Assembly: GCA_001179505.1 (NCBI GenBank) | Contig: CDMY01000477.1 | Span: 1 to 64,000 of the forward strand | DNA: 64,000 nt | From: Vitrella brassicaformis CCMP3155 | Lineage: Eukaryota; Protista; Chromerida | Reading direction: 5' to 3' | In this document: positions 28,818 to 42,321 of the stretch, in pieces | How the letters are laid out: the number at the start of each line of letters is the position of its first letter | How positions within the stretch are numbered: position 1 is the stretch's first letter | Program-made: the position numbers and the translations under genes | The notes under the pieces: generated by a model | The model's database searches: none | Seen by the model: the letters and a program-made list of their open reading frames with translations, nothing else | Told to the model about the DNA's origin: nothing

Positions 28818-31800
28818 CTATCTTGTGATTGCTGTAGCGGCTGCTGCATCCCCCGCGGTGGCCGACGACACGAACACAGGTGTGAGCACCATCGTGACCG
28901 TGGCCACCAACTTGATCAACACATGTACCGATGGACCTGCACACCATACCAAGACACCAGAATGTCCATACGTCCACCATATGAATCTCCCTGCTTACCG
29001 GCAGTGTCTTTTGATGGGTCTCCCACTGTGTCGCCCACCACGGCGGCCTTGTGGGTGTCGCTGCCCTTACCGCCAAGCGCACCTAAACATAACATACGCA
29101 GACATTCGCACATCACATCCATACGAGTGCACACACTGGATAGACAGAACGGCTCCGCACCTCACCTGTCTCGACGTATTTCTTGGCGTTGTCCCATGCG
29201 CCGCCAGCGTTGTTGAGGAACAGCGCCATCAAGATACCTACACACATGACACACACACACACACACACATGTATGGCAAAAAGGCTCTCCCCCTCTCCCC
29301 TCCCTCTCTCTGTGGCCCACCGCACCGGTGGATGTGCTGAACATGAGAAAGGACGCAATCACCTGCGCACCTGCAGGCACCAAGACAGACAGACAAGCAA
29401 CAACCAAGCCACTAATTGACCAGCACTGTGAGGGCTGTCAATGCCGTCGGGTGGCTCACCGAGGAAAGGCTTATTCCAATACGACCCCAGCAACCTGCAT
29501 CAAGGACAGACAGACAGGCAGCCATGGACACCTGTGTGTATGGTTTATGCATACGTCCCGAATGTACCTAAACACAAATCCCACAGCCAATGGCGAGAGG
29601 ACGGAGAGCAGCCCGGGCTTGACCATCTCACGCAGCGCTGCACGGGAGACTATCGCCACACATGCTGCAGCCATGAGAGCAACACGCACGAGTTGAGTGG
29701 CGTGCGGACGTCTGGATCGTATGTGCGTACTTACTGTGGTAGTCAGGTTTTTCGGCGAAGTCCATGATCCCGGGGCACTCTGAGAACTGTCTCCTGACCT
29801 CCTTGACGACCTCCTGTGCGGCCCGGCCGACCGACTCCATTGCCCAGCTGCTGAAGAGGAACACCATCATCGCCCCGATCAGCCCCCCTATGAACACTGA
29901 ACAGAACAGCCACATGCACCGCACCCGGACAGACAGACACGCATAGCATAAGAAGGAGGAGGAACATCTGGTTGAGTGTGGGGGCGTAGGTACCTTCAGG
30001 TTGGGCCAGGTCGACCACTTCGAATGTCTTGCCCGTGTAAACCGTCACCTGTGCACCCACACCCACACCACACATAGGTCCACACCAATGTTTGCGGTGT
30101 CTGCCGGCGCGCACCTCGTCCAGAAACGCAGAGAATAGGAGGAAACACGCGAGTGACGCGGAGCCGACTGAGAAGCCCTTGGTGTTGGCCTTGGTCACGT
30201 TGCCCACAGCATCCAGACGATCGGTGATGGCCCTGCACATTCACACACACACACACACACAGGGCCAGAGGTGAGGTGCGAGCGAATTAAGACAGGCAGG
30301 GTGTGTCTGTCCGTCCGTTGGTTTGTTTCGTTGTACCTGACTTGTTCGTCCTGTTGGCTCATCTCGACGATGCCGCCCGCATTGTCGGCGATGGGACCGA
30401 AACTCGACATGCTGACCGATGGATGGATGGATGCCACACAGACAGATGGATCAGTTGCTTGGTGGGAGGAGGGGTGTTTACCTGAGGACGAAGACGGCAG
30501 TGCAGAGCATCCCCATGGTGGCCACTGCCGTCCCGAACAGCCCTGCCATCGTCTTGCCCGTGCCTAAGATCTCCGTCCCCACACCTACACACAACACACA
30601 GCACTCAGTCGGTGTCTGCCCACGGCCTGCCTGCGTGCGTGCCCGACTGACCGAGGTAGTAGGAGATGATGACAGCGACGGAGATGCAAATCACAGGGAG
30701 TGCTGTGCTCTCCATGCCCACCGATATGCCGGCGATGATGTTGGTGGCGGGGCCTGTCAGGGAGGCCTCGGCGATGCGCTTGACCTGTGGGTACTCGTAG
30801 TCGGTGTAGTACTGCGTTATGATCACAAACAGGAAGGCGCACACCATCCCCACAGCACCGCACCCCGAGAAGTGCAGCCACGCCCTTGGCTGGTCCTCGA
30901 AATACAGAAAATACCTACATGCACCCAATCGGATGGATGGATGGATGAGTGTGTGGGGTGCGGTGGTGTGAGCTGACTGACCTGCAGAGTCCCGCGAAGC
31001 CAACGATGCTCATGATGCACGTGACCATGTACACGCGAATCATGATCTTGAGAGGGTCCTCGGGGGCCCCCGCCGCGCTGTCTGCGTCGGGCAGGCCCTT
31101 CTTGGTCCGCACCAGCAGAATGCCGATCGACGACGTCACCAAGTCCATGCAGTGCACACCCAGGGGGAACAACACGAACCCTGCCGCGGCGGCGTCCGGC
31201 AGCTTGGCCTCGTCGGCCAGGGCCCCTCCCAGGATCATGGCACTGATAATCTCGGCAGCGATGCTCTCAAACAGATCCGCACACTGACCCGCACAGTCGC
31301 CCACATTATCGCCGACGAGGTCGGCGATGACGGCGGGGTTTCTGGGGTCGTCCTCAGGGATGCCGGCCTCCACCTTGCCCACCAGGTCGGCCCCCACGTC
31401 TGCACCCTTGGTGTAGATGCCGCCCCCCAGCTGCGCAAACATGGCCACCAGGGACGCGCCAAAGCCGTAGCCGACGATCAGCAGCGGCAGCCGGACAAAG
31501 GGAATCGCCGGGAGGAAGATCCGCAGGAAGAGGATGATGGTTGAGATGCCACCCACGGCGAGGGCGACGTTGACGACTGAGCTGATGGCGCCGCCTCTGA
31601 AACACAGCTGCAGCGCCTCGTTGTAGCACCTTCGTGCAGCAGACGCCACCCTGATGTTGGCCCGCACGGACACCCACATGCCGGAGTAGCCCGCGAGTGC
31701 GCTGCAGAGTGCGCCGACGATGAAAGTGAATCCTGTGAGGAATGCGATGCCGTAGGTGGAGAGGTACTGGATCTCGCCAGGGCCGGCGTTGCTGTCCTTG

Positions 31801-32424
31801 GCCATGTAGATGAGGATGATGACGAACGTGAAGACAAACGATATCTTGACGATAGTGCCGTACTGCACGGCAAAGAAACCCTCAGCGCCCTCGCGAATGG
31901 GCTCGGACACCTCGCGCATCGCAACCGTGCCCCTGTCAGCCAGCCAGGCCATCCAAAGGCATTACAACGTGTGCATGTGTGTGGTTGGTTCGTTGCTCAC
32001 TCACTCGTCGAATGCACTGAGCCATGAGAGAAGCCATAGTGAGAAGAGGATGGCGCCGATGGCGATGAGTATGGCCGCCAGGACGACAAATATGGCGAAG
32101 TCGGAGCATATCAGCCACAGCAGGAACAAGACGCCGAAGAACCCGCCCGTCACCGTGATAGTCAGCGTCGACCGAGCCGGCAGGTCCAAAGCATTGTACG
32201 CCGACACCTGACGCAACGCACACACACAATCACCACACCATGACAACCCACCGACCCAGTCAGTCCATCGTGTGTGCGTGCGTGCGGACGATTCTCTCGA
32301 TGTCGGTTTCCTTGGCCTTTTCGCTTTTGCCGTAGAAGCCGACGGTGCTCGTGTGTGGTCCGCCCGCAGAGTAGTGGCCGGCGTGAGTGTGGTAGGGAAG
32401 CAACTCACGCTGCTCACTGCTCAT
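28818..32424 (-). CDS. H+-translocating pyrophosphatase, type II (K+-independent, AVP2/VP2-like)
   Basis: [111 protein letters not shown]. Confidence 0.96.
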
Positions 32425-32869
32425 GTTGCCACTACGATGCATTGACTAACAGTGACCGTCGACACGTCACAATCAGTCTCCACCGCACAAACTCTGGTGA
32501 AGCCGCTGGAGACCAGAGAATTGCTGCAGAAACACACGCAGAGAAAGGCGATGGTGCAGAAGGTCTGTGTGTTTGTGTGTGCGTGTGTGCATCACACCTC
32601 TCTCAGGAATGACGGTTCCTCTTCCAACAGGTGTCTGTCGAAAACCACACCAGCAGGCAGGAAGGTAGATCCCCGCTTCACCAGGATGCGCTTCTAAGCA
32701 GATCTGCTTTGTTTGTTGAGGTGTCGGCGCCTGCCGCCAGTAGTTGCTCCTTCTCCACAGCGCCTTGCCCTCCACCTTCGTCGGGTTTTAGTGCTCTCGA
32801 CCCTAACACAAACCATTGGTCTCAACACAGTGTTTGATGGTCTGTTACTTAATCCACTGAGGTCGTTCG

Positions 32870-33049
32870 TTCTCAATATGTGCACCGTCGCTGACATGAT
32901 TGGCGTCGACCAAGCAGCTCCTTGGTGAAACGCCAGTCAACCATCACATCAGCAGCTGCACCCATACTGATCAACGGCGGCTCACTCGTTAACTCACCCG
33001 ACTCGCTCATGCACATCTCATTGACTAGGGATGGAATGAGCTTTGGTTC

Positions 33050-33080
<31 letters not shown>

Positions 33081-35393
33081 GGCAGGGCACTACTAGACAG
33101 ACCGACACAGGCAGAAAGCAGCCAGGGACACACACTGGCCATGCACATGATTGACAGACAGGTGGATGGGATGAATGTACAACTAGACAGACAAAGATTA
33201 TGGCCGGGGCCAAAAGCTATCTATCTACCTACGCGGGCGGACATTACATGCATTAGGCACACACATACACACCACACACACACCACACACACACACGCTG
33301 CCGTCCGTTCCTTCTGGCTGCATCCATGCCACATGGACATGCTGACATGACCGGGTGGATGGATGGGTGGGTGGCTGACCACACACTAACCGCTGCACAC
33401 ACAAACTCTTTAAGACGCGTTGTCCTTCCTTCCTCCCTCCTCTCTCCTCGCCCTAGCGACCCACACACATACACACTCACTCACAGATCTACACGTACCT
33501 CCCTGGCTACCTTGTCCGGGCCAATGCATTGCCCCCGCCCCTCTCTCCCACCCACCCACCCATCTCATACACACACACATCCATGGGCGGGCTACTCAGT
33601 TGCTCTGTCTGTGTCGGTGCGTGCTCCGAGCTTCGACAGGAGCGAGATGATCTGCTCGGCGTCCACCGTCTCAGCCTTCTGCGAGGGGGACGACTGGGCC
33701 GCCTGGGCTGTGACGGGAGGAGAACCACTGCTCGTACTGCCGCTGGCCTGGTCCCCACTGCTGCTGCTGGTGGTGTTGTTGTTGAGGAACGGCTTGTCCT
33801 TCCGCTGATGCTTCGGGATCTGACACACATACACGCACACACATACTGAGCGTCGAGACAGATGGGTGGGCAGGGTGTCGGTGGGTTACGAGGTTGAGCT
33901 TGGCGGATGAGGGTGGTGGCGCCACGACCTGTGTGGCCAGCAGATGGGAGCCCTGGGACTGATCAAACAAACGGGGAGGCGCTATCTGCAGCCACACACA
34001 CACACACACACACGCATCCAACTATGCGTCAAAGATCATTGATGTGGGTGGCCCATTGGGGTAAGGTGTGTGTGGCCGATGGTTGACCTGTTTGGCGAGG
34101 TGTGGCGGTATGCCGCGTAGGTCGACGCCCGGCTCGGCCGGCGGCAGCTGCATCGGGGGGTACGCTGTGGGGGCCGTGGTGGGGTCCATCATCGGAGGCA
34201 TCATCTGCCCACCGGGCTGACGGCTCATGGCGCACAGAAGCGCCAACTCCTGACAAAGCAAGTAAACACGCACACGTGTATGTATGTGGATGAGCGCTCA
34301 TCGTCGAGGTGTGGTGTGCATTACCTCCCGGTTGGTGCCCTCAGCGACGGTGCGTGCGAGGTTCTTCCTGATCTCCCTCTCCAGGGCCGGCGACCAGTCG
34401 GCGGGCGACAGCGGCACACCCATACCCATGCCCATACCCATGCCGCCCGCCTGCTGCGGCATCATCATCATCCGCCCTGACATCTGGCCCATCACATCCG
34501 CCGTCAGGGGCGGGCTGTGGGGGTCCATCATGGCGTCCCATGGCTGCTGCTGCTGCTGCTGCTGGTGTGGGAGCGGCGGGACGGCGGCCATCATGGGGAC
34601 TGATGAGGTCATCATGGTGGTGTTGCCAGGGGCCGCACCCTGCTCCACCCTGATGGCCTCGTCCGTCGCTGCCCTCGTCTGCGCCGCCTGTGCGTGTGTG
34701 AGGGGCGGTGAGGTGAGGGACACCGACCGCTCGCCAATGGATCCCTCCTGCGGCTGCCGATGGCCTGTCGTGGTGGTGTTTGGTGTGATGGGGTGGTCGT
34801 CCCGCTGCTCGGTGGAGCTGCTGCCGCTCGACGACGAACACGGTCCCCCGTCGCTCGACCCAGGGTCAGTCGACGTCAGCAGCGCAGCAGCACGCTGAGT
34901 GTCGACGCCCTGAGCACATACAGTCACATCCATCCAGGGTGGAGATCGGAATCTTCTACAGGTGGTTGTCCTTTGTGCGATGGGGTCTGTCTGGCCAGAC
35001 CTGCGCCTTGAGCGCCTCCAGGCTTTTGTATACGGTGTCCATCTGCTGCCGCAGACCTGTACACCACCACACACGTCCATAGCCATGCACACATCACATG
35101 CACCACGCGGCAGTGTCCATCTCTCACTCTCTTTCGGACCTGCGAGTGCGGCTTCCTGTCTGGCCTTGAACTCCTGGAGGCTCTTCTCGAGGCTCTGCTG
35201 CTTCTCCTCCAGCCGGCACTGCTTCTCCTCCAGCGACGCACGAAGCGTACTCAAACCTGCACACACGCACACACACGCGCACACCAACAGATCCACAGTC
35301 CACGTGAGATGCATGGAATTGCTGGCGGATCTGGCAAGGTGGCGTACTTGCGTGTGCGTCAGGCATCGAGCCCTCTTTGTGCTCTTCTGCCAT
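32870..35393 (-). CDS. Hypothetical protein: N-terminal coiled coil, then Q/M/P/S-rich low-complexity sequence
   Basis: MAEEHKEGSMPDAHA|SLSTLRASLEEKQCRLEEKQQSLEKSLQEFKARQ splices in phase; several further GT-AG-bounded coding-like exons; 3' end uncertain. Confidence 0.55.
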
Positions 35394-35453
35394 CTCCCTC
35401 TTCAAACCTTACAAATGGCTTCAAGCTCGCAAACGCCGCTCCCTTTGGCAGCC

Positions 35454-35761
35454 ATGAATTTCTGCCTGCCTGCACTTGCCATCGTGGTCTCGTGCGGCCT
35501 GTCAGCCGAGGGCTTCGCTCTGCGGAACCATGGCGTGATGATGAGCACACTGGAGAGGCGGCCGGCTGTCGACAAGATCTCCCGCAGGGACTATGCCGAC
35601 TCAACGACAGCCATCGCAGCAGCCTCCCTGCTCGGCCTGGCTGCCGGCCCATCGACCGCAGCGGCAGACATCGACTTGATGAGCGCAAAGGTACACACAC
35701 GCAGGGCGCGGCAGGCATGTGTGCCTCCCATTGGATGCTCAATGACAGCTGCTGGGCCTGT

Positions 35762-35799
<38 letters not shown>

Positions 35800-36514
35800 T
35801 TGTGCAGAGATCTTACTTCAGATACGTTCCGAGGATAGAAAAGGTCATACAGGCAGTGTGGCACGGCACACTCAGACGCGGGCAACAGTAACTGTCTGTC
35901 TGTCTGTCTGTCGTTGATCTGTGTGTGTGTCAGGGCCGTGACATGTATGTGTTGGATTTGCGGCCAGCGATAGAGAGTGAGAACTGGCAGGCCGTTCAGT
36001 CGTTCTTCGAGGTGCGCAAGAACGACAACACCTACGCCAGCTACTACCTCACCCGGCCAATGGAGATCTGGAGCACCAGCTTCAGCGAGAAGGGCACGGG
36101 GGACCGAACCAAACAGCTTCAGTCCATCGCTAAAGAGTTTGAGGACGGTACACACCAACACACCACACGCATCACGACGCCTGGTTGATTCTGCCTGTCA
36201 TCACACCTGTGTCGTCTTGTGTCATGCATGGTGCAGCTCTGGACAAGATCAACGTTGCGTCGGGTGGCAAGTCGACTGCCTCCTCTGGCGGCCTGTTTGC
36301 CGGTTTGTTTGGCGGCGGCGGCGGCAAGTCTGAGGACAAGAGGCCGCCCAAGACCCGGGCGACCGAGGCGTGGAGCGAAGGCAAGGCGGCCTTCAACAAG
36401 TACATTGCACTGGCGAACGAGGGCATCTCGGCTGAGCTCAAGCCGCTGGAGGCCATCCCGGACGACTTGGGCAAGTACAAACGGGCTGAGGCCCGCCCGG
36501 AGACCACCTTCTAG
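35454..36514 (+). CDS. Nucleus-encoded thylakoid-lumen protein, possibly PsbQ-like
   Basis: Signal peptide MNFCLPALAIVVSCGLSAEG followed by F; transit region; twin-arginine SRRD plus hydrophobic Ala-rich stretch ending AAA-D; mature part RSYFRYVPRIEK|GRDMYVLDLRPAIESENWQAV...RPMEIWSTSFSEKG...AFNKYIALANEGI over 4 exons. Confidence 0.75.
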
Positions 36515-36852
36515 GCCACTGGACGGATGGCGTGTGGTGTGGTGATGCGAAATGTGCTCTGTCTGTGACCGACTGGGGCGTGATGCGATGATACATAGCG
36601 AGGGAGAGAGATTGCAGTGAGATGCTGCAATGAAGACGACGATACGATGGCTGTGAGAGCACTGGACGCAATACAATGACGATTGAATGGGCGGAGTCGA
36701 TTCGCTTTGAGCGGAAGCACATTCGCCTCAACTTGGGTCGAAAGGGTGTAAACGGAACGCTGAATCCACTGGCGCTGAATCGATTGAGGTGCCTCGACGC
36801 GAAGGGCCACACAGTGCGTGAGATAGCATCGCATTTCTTGTCCGTTCCAATC

Positions 36853-39602
36853 ATGGCTGACGTCATAGATCTTGACGATTACGAGGATGTGCCTGGCGGC
36901 GGTGCGCCTGCAGCACCGCAGCCGATGCCGACCAGTAGGGCAGCACTCTACAGCAGCCTCTACACGTACGCTGCTTCAAGTGACGGCACCACCACACGAA
37001 TGCCAGCATTTCAACACACAAACAGCGCCTCTGTCGATGTGTGTGTGGTTGCAGTCATCTGGAGAGGATAGAGGAGCTGAGTGATCAGCAGAATGGCAAC
37101 GGCAACAAGGACGACGGCAAGGCCAAGGCCGGCAAGAAGAGGAACAACGCCAGCAGGGCCAAGCCCAAGAAGGCCAAGAAGCCCTACAAGTCCCTGCCGT
37201 ACCATGGTGGTGACGACTATGATGACGACGACTATGGCGATGAGGACGACTACGATGAGGAGATGCCGCTGCCTCCGCCGGCGTGGGGGGGAGGGGCACC
37301 CATCAAGGGCAAACCCAAGGGCGTCGGATACGGTGAGCGAGCTGGGCTGATCATCTACGTTGGCCAAGACCATCACAACAAATGACGCTGCGCGGGTGTG
37401 TCGTGTTGTTGGTGTGCTTGCCTTGCTGGGTGGCTGTGTTGTGTCGTGTCAGGCTCCGACTTGGCGCACGGCCAGAGGAAGATCTGGAACGCGCAGGAGG
37501 CCGAGGAGCGCCAGAAGGAGTTCGACACACAAATCACCACAGTAAGCAAATATATATGCTGCAGGGCCTTGCAGGAAAGGACACACATCGCCTGATGTCG
37601 TTCTCTCTGGTGTGCAGCATTTGATAGGATTGGCGGCGGTGATAGAGGAGCTCAAGTCCAAGACAGCCGAGGAGTCGGCGGCCGCGTCGGAGACTGGCAG
37701 TGGCGCCAATGCGCCCGCCGCTGCCCATGACGTCGTGGACCTCGACGATGACGATGAGGAAATGGCGGGCCCGGCCGACGGCCCGGCGCCCGCTGCTGCT
37801 GCTGCCGCTGCCGCTGCTGCTGCTGCGTCGTCTTCTGCAGCATTGGCCAAGCCGCGAAGAGACCCCCTGGAGAGACTACAGTCCAACCTGTCAGTCCATT
37901 CATTCACGACGCACACACGCCACCCACACGCCTGTCTGTGTCCGTCATCACAGTCAGTGATTGTGTGGTTGGTTGCTTGGTTGGTTGGTGCACATGTGTA
38001 TTGTGTGTGTGCAGGAGCAAGTCTGGTTTGGAGTCGTGTTTGACGGACTGGCTGAAGATATCCTTCACCGAGATGTGCGAGCGCATTGACTTCTACTACA
38101 CTGTTTTTCAGGTGACAGACAGTGACAAACTGGTTGCACAGGGATGGAATGGAGATGGACGGACCCCTCCCCTCCCCTCTCCTCCCCTCCGTCTGCTGTG
38201 TGTGTTCACCGATCGGCTGACAGATGATGAAATCGCTGGCCTCTCTCTCCAAGTTTGTCGAGGGATGGGACTCCCGCCTCTGGCGCGCCATCCAGTCCCT
38301 CAAGACAGAGTAAGACTCCCCCCCTCGTCACACACGACACAGAAGACACAGAGCACAAATTGGCTGTTTTGGTCATTGCTTTCCCTTTGTCAGGGCCTCC
38401 ATCTTCCACAAGAGTGTCAAGGGTCTCGAGGCCGACGACAAGCCTGCCGAGGACAACGCTGCAGGCTCCGCCGCGGCAGCAGCAGCAGTGGCAGCAGCGG
38501 CAGGAGGTGAAGATGTCCCGAAGAAGAAGAAGCGCAAGAAGCAGAAGGCCGCCCCCGCCGTGCCCAAACCCCCATACGCCTTCCATCCCAACATGCAGCC
38601 CCCATTCATGGGGGGCAACATGTGGGGCATGCCATACGGGCCATATGGGCCACACGCAGCGGCAGCAGCAGCGGCTGCCGCACCAGCGGAGCTCAATGAG
38701 CAGGAGAAGCGACAGCTACTTAACTACAAGTATGCCAGCACACCTGCCTGAAGAAACATGAACTGCATCCATCTGTGTGTGTGTGTGACTGGTTTGTGTG
38801 TGTCAAGGGAGTTTGCGGGTTTGGTGATCAGCGTGTTGGACGACCTGCTGCCCCACATGCCCACCCCGAAGGCCAAGGACCCACCAGCCCCGGCCGGCGC
38901 ATCCGAGGCGGCGGCTGACGGCTCCCCCGGCCGCAAGAAGGCCGCGGGAGTGAGGAAATCGTCACGCCTGAACAAGGGGGATGACCCAGAGGGTGGCGGC
39001 AAGGGTGCGAATGTGGGTGGCAGGAAGCGCAAGAACCAGGGCTGGTTCGGCTTTGGGTCGGGGGCTGGGAGTGGGAGTGGGGGGCAGGGCGAGAGCGCTA
39101 GTGCTAGTGCGAGTGCAGCAGCTGGAGGAGGGGCGGGGGGTAGCGAGCCGACGGAGGAGGAGTACCAGCAGTTGATGAAGGGCCACCTGGTGGATAGCTA
39201 TGACATCATGCACAACCACCTCTATGCCAACCAGTGTCGACAGGAGCGGTAAGTAAGGAGGTAACCACACAGACGCACACACACACACATGTCCCTTGGT
39301 GTGTGTGGTGTGCGTATATATGGGTTCATTGCAGTGCCAACCCCCCAAGGCGTCAGATGCGTCTGGCCACCGAGATGGGCGGGCTGCCGTCCCTCCTCCC
39401 ATGCTTCACATCCTCGTCGGTCTTCGTGCGATTTGACAACACCAACACGGCTCTCTGGAGGTACGTGGGTGACCAAAGAGACACACAGACGGGCAACTGT
39501 CACTGTAAATCACCGACACGACATCACATCACATCACTGTGTGTCGCTTGCCTTGCTGCGGTGTCGGTGTGTGTTATCAGGGCACTCATTACCGGTCCAG
39601 AA

Positions 39603-39639
<37 letters not shown>

Positions 39640-40686
39640 GAGGGGACACGGCACATGCGTGTTGTGTTGGCTTTGGGTCAGTGAGTCATATATTTTCTCG
39701 TTGGTCGGTCTTCTGCTCTGGTTGGCATGCAGACACGCCGTACGACTCGGGCTGCTTCGTTTTCGACATCTATTTCCCGCCACAGGTCCACACATACACA
39801 CACACACAGACGCGGCCATTGATCTGTGTCAACTCAACCAAGTGTGTCTTTGCTTCCTCCCTGCCTCAGTACCCGGCGGGGCCGCCACAAGTGCTGCTGC
39901 GGACCACTGGCGGCGGCAAAGTCCGATTCAACCCTAACCTATGTAAGCTGACCTGACGGCTCGCCTCGTGTGTGTGTGTACAGGCATCTGTCTGCCCTCT
40001 GCTGTGTGTTTGTGTGGTTTCAGACGAGTGTGGCAAGGTGTGTTTGAGTCTGCTGGGCACATGGGCGGGCGGTGCCGGTGAGGGCTGGGACCCCCAGGTG
40101 TCCAAAGCACTGCAGGTCTTGGTATCCATCCAGGTACACAAACCACACACGCACACGGACAGATGTTCACTGACTGGGTGGGCGGGCGGCTCACTGCTGA
40201 CTCCCTGTGTGTGTGTGTGCATCGCTGCAGAGTTTGATTCTCGTAGCTGATCCCTACTTCAACGAGCCCGGCTACCAGAGCCAGATGGGCACCCCCAGAG
40301 GCCAGCAGTAAGCTCTCGTCAATGAGGAACAAAGGAGCACTGACTGCACCACAGGTGTGCATTGTGGGTGTATGTGTGTGTGTGTGTGCTGTCTGTGTGC
40401 AGGGCGTCTGCTGGGTACAACGAGAACATTCGCTGTGGCACCGTCAAGTACGCCATCCTCGAGACACTCCAGGTGACATACCCTCCCGGCAGACATCAGA
40501 CACACCATCCCTGTATGTGTCTATGTGTGGTGTGTGCAGCACCCCCCTCCCGAGTTTGCGGCGGTGGTGAAGGCGCATTTCAAGCAGCGGAGGGCGCACG
40601 TCATCAAGACCTTGGAGGGGTGGGCGAGTGGCAGGGTCTCCAAGACGGACGTCAACAAAGTCAAAAGCCTGCTAGACAAACTCTGA
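36853..40686 (+). CDS. Ubiquitin-conjugating enzyme E2 with a BIRC6/UBE2O-type UBC domain and long N-terminal extension
   Basis: [95 protein letters not shown]; catalytic Cys present. Confidence 0.92.
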
Positions 40687-42321
40687 CGGACGGAGGGACA
40701 GAGCGGGGGACAAGGAAGGGATGGGGTGGGGTGGAAGGGAAGGTGGTAGCTGCCAGACACACCGCGTGTGAATGTGTGTGTGCGCACTATGGATGGGAGG
40801 AATTTGTGGAGGGATCCATGTCACTTGGCTTCATGTTCGACTCGACCTACATGAGTGAATGAGTGCGGTTCATACATACGTATGCGGCAAATCACGTGAA
40901 TGTCCAGCGAGCCACCAACCTGTCTGTCTGTCTGTCACCGGAAATAGCGCTTTAGCGCTTTTGCCATTCCCAGCAGGCAATGAAAACCACGCCGGCCGAA
41001 AGCCATACATACTATACACTCTGAATTGTGCAGCCCCGTACTCATACACACACATACACACATACAGCTGTCCCCCTGAGTGTCATCCATTTGCCCGCCA
41101 GGTGCTTGGCGGCTCCCTTTCCTCCCGGGCTCCCAGCAGTAGACACCTCCCCCCCGGCGCCCGGATGTGATGTTGTCCCTCTAAAACCCACAGCATGCAG
41201 CGCAGCCAGGCATCCGTGGACACAACGAAAAAGATCACAGGACAGGGCGGTGAATGCGCGCAGATGTGACTGGGCTGACGAATTGAATTGGGGCCACGTC
41301 CGGAGCGTATTTATGATGCATAGATAGTGATAATTAATGAGACCCTCCCTCCCTGTCTGTCTGTCTGTCTGTCTGTGTACGCACTGGCCCAGGCATGGCA
41401 ACCCATCGATCCTTCCCATCTATGTGTGTGTGTGCGTGTGTGTGCGTGGCGGCAAGCACCGAAGCAGGCCGACACAATTCGCAGCGGTCTGCCTGTCAGT
41501 CGCTATGGCGCCTGTATGGGCGTGTGGGGCATCCATCCATCCATCCCTGGTCTATGTGGGGATGGCTGTCTGGCTGGAGAGCTGCATCAGCCAGTCAGCA
41601 ACTACAAAAAGAGCGCGCCATGTCTGTCTGTCTGTCTGTCTGCATACACGAACGGAGGGAGGGAGTGTGTACGTATCCATCCATCCATCCACTCATCAAC
41701 CAATCAGCCGCTTCGTGTGAGCGCTACCAGGCCAACTAAGCAAGCCGTCAGTCAGTCATCACCAGCCACCCTGCCTACCTGCCTACTTACCTGCGGCACA
41801 CGCAAAGCCGCCCCCCACCAAGTCAGTCAAAACGCGGCCATCCCCTCCCTGCTCACAGCTCTCACACACAACACAAACACACACCTGCGCTCCCACCAGC
41901 TATCGACACGCAAAACTTCGACCCTCCCACCTCTCACATAGTCGGCCATCACGAGCACCCCCCCCCCNNNNNNNNNNNNNNNNNNNNNNNNNNNNNNNNN
42001 NNNNNNNNNNNNNNNNNNNNNNNNNNNNNNNNNNNNNNNNNNNNNNNNNNNNNNNNNNNNNNNNNNNNNNNNNNNNNNNNNNNNNNNNNNNNNNNNNNNN
42101 NNNNNNNNNNNNNNNNNNNNNNNNNNNNNNNNNNNNNNNNNNNNNNNNNNNNNNNNNNNNNNNNNNNNNNNNNNNNNNNNNNNNNNNNNNNNNNNNNNNN
42201 NNNNNNNNNNNNNNNNNNNNNNNNNNNNNNNNNNNNNNNNNNNNNNNNNNNNNNNNNNNNNNNNNNNACCCCCCCCCCCCTCTCTCTATCTCTCTGTGTG
42301 TGTTGTGTTGTTGTGTGTGTG

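Noticed and set aside
40690-41960. Intergenic ORFs between the E2 and Pat-like genes
   Set aside because: Dominated by simple repeats, with no consistent splice model or domain.
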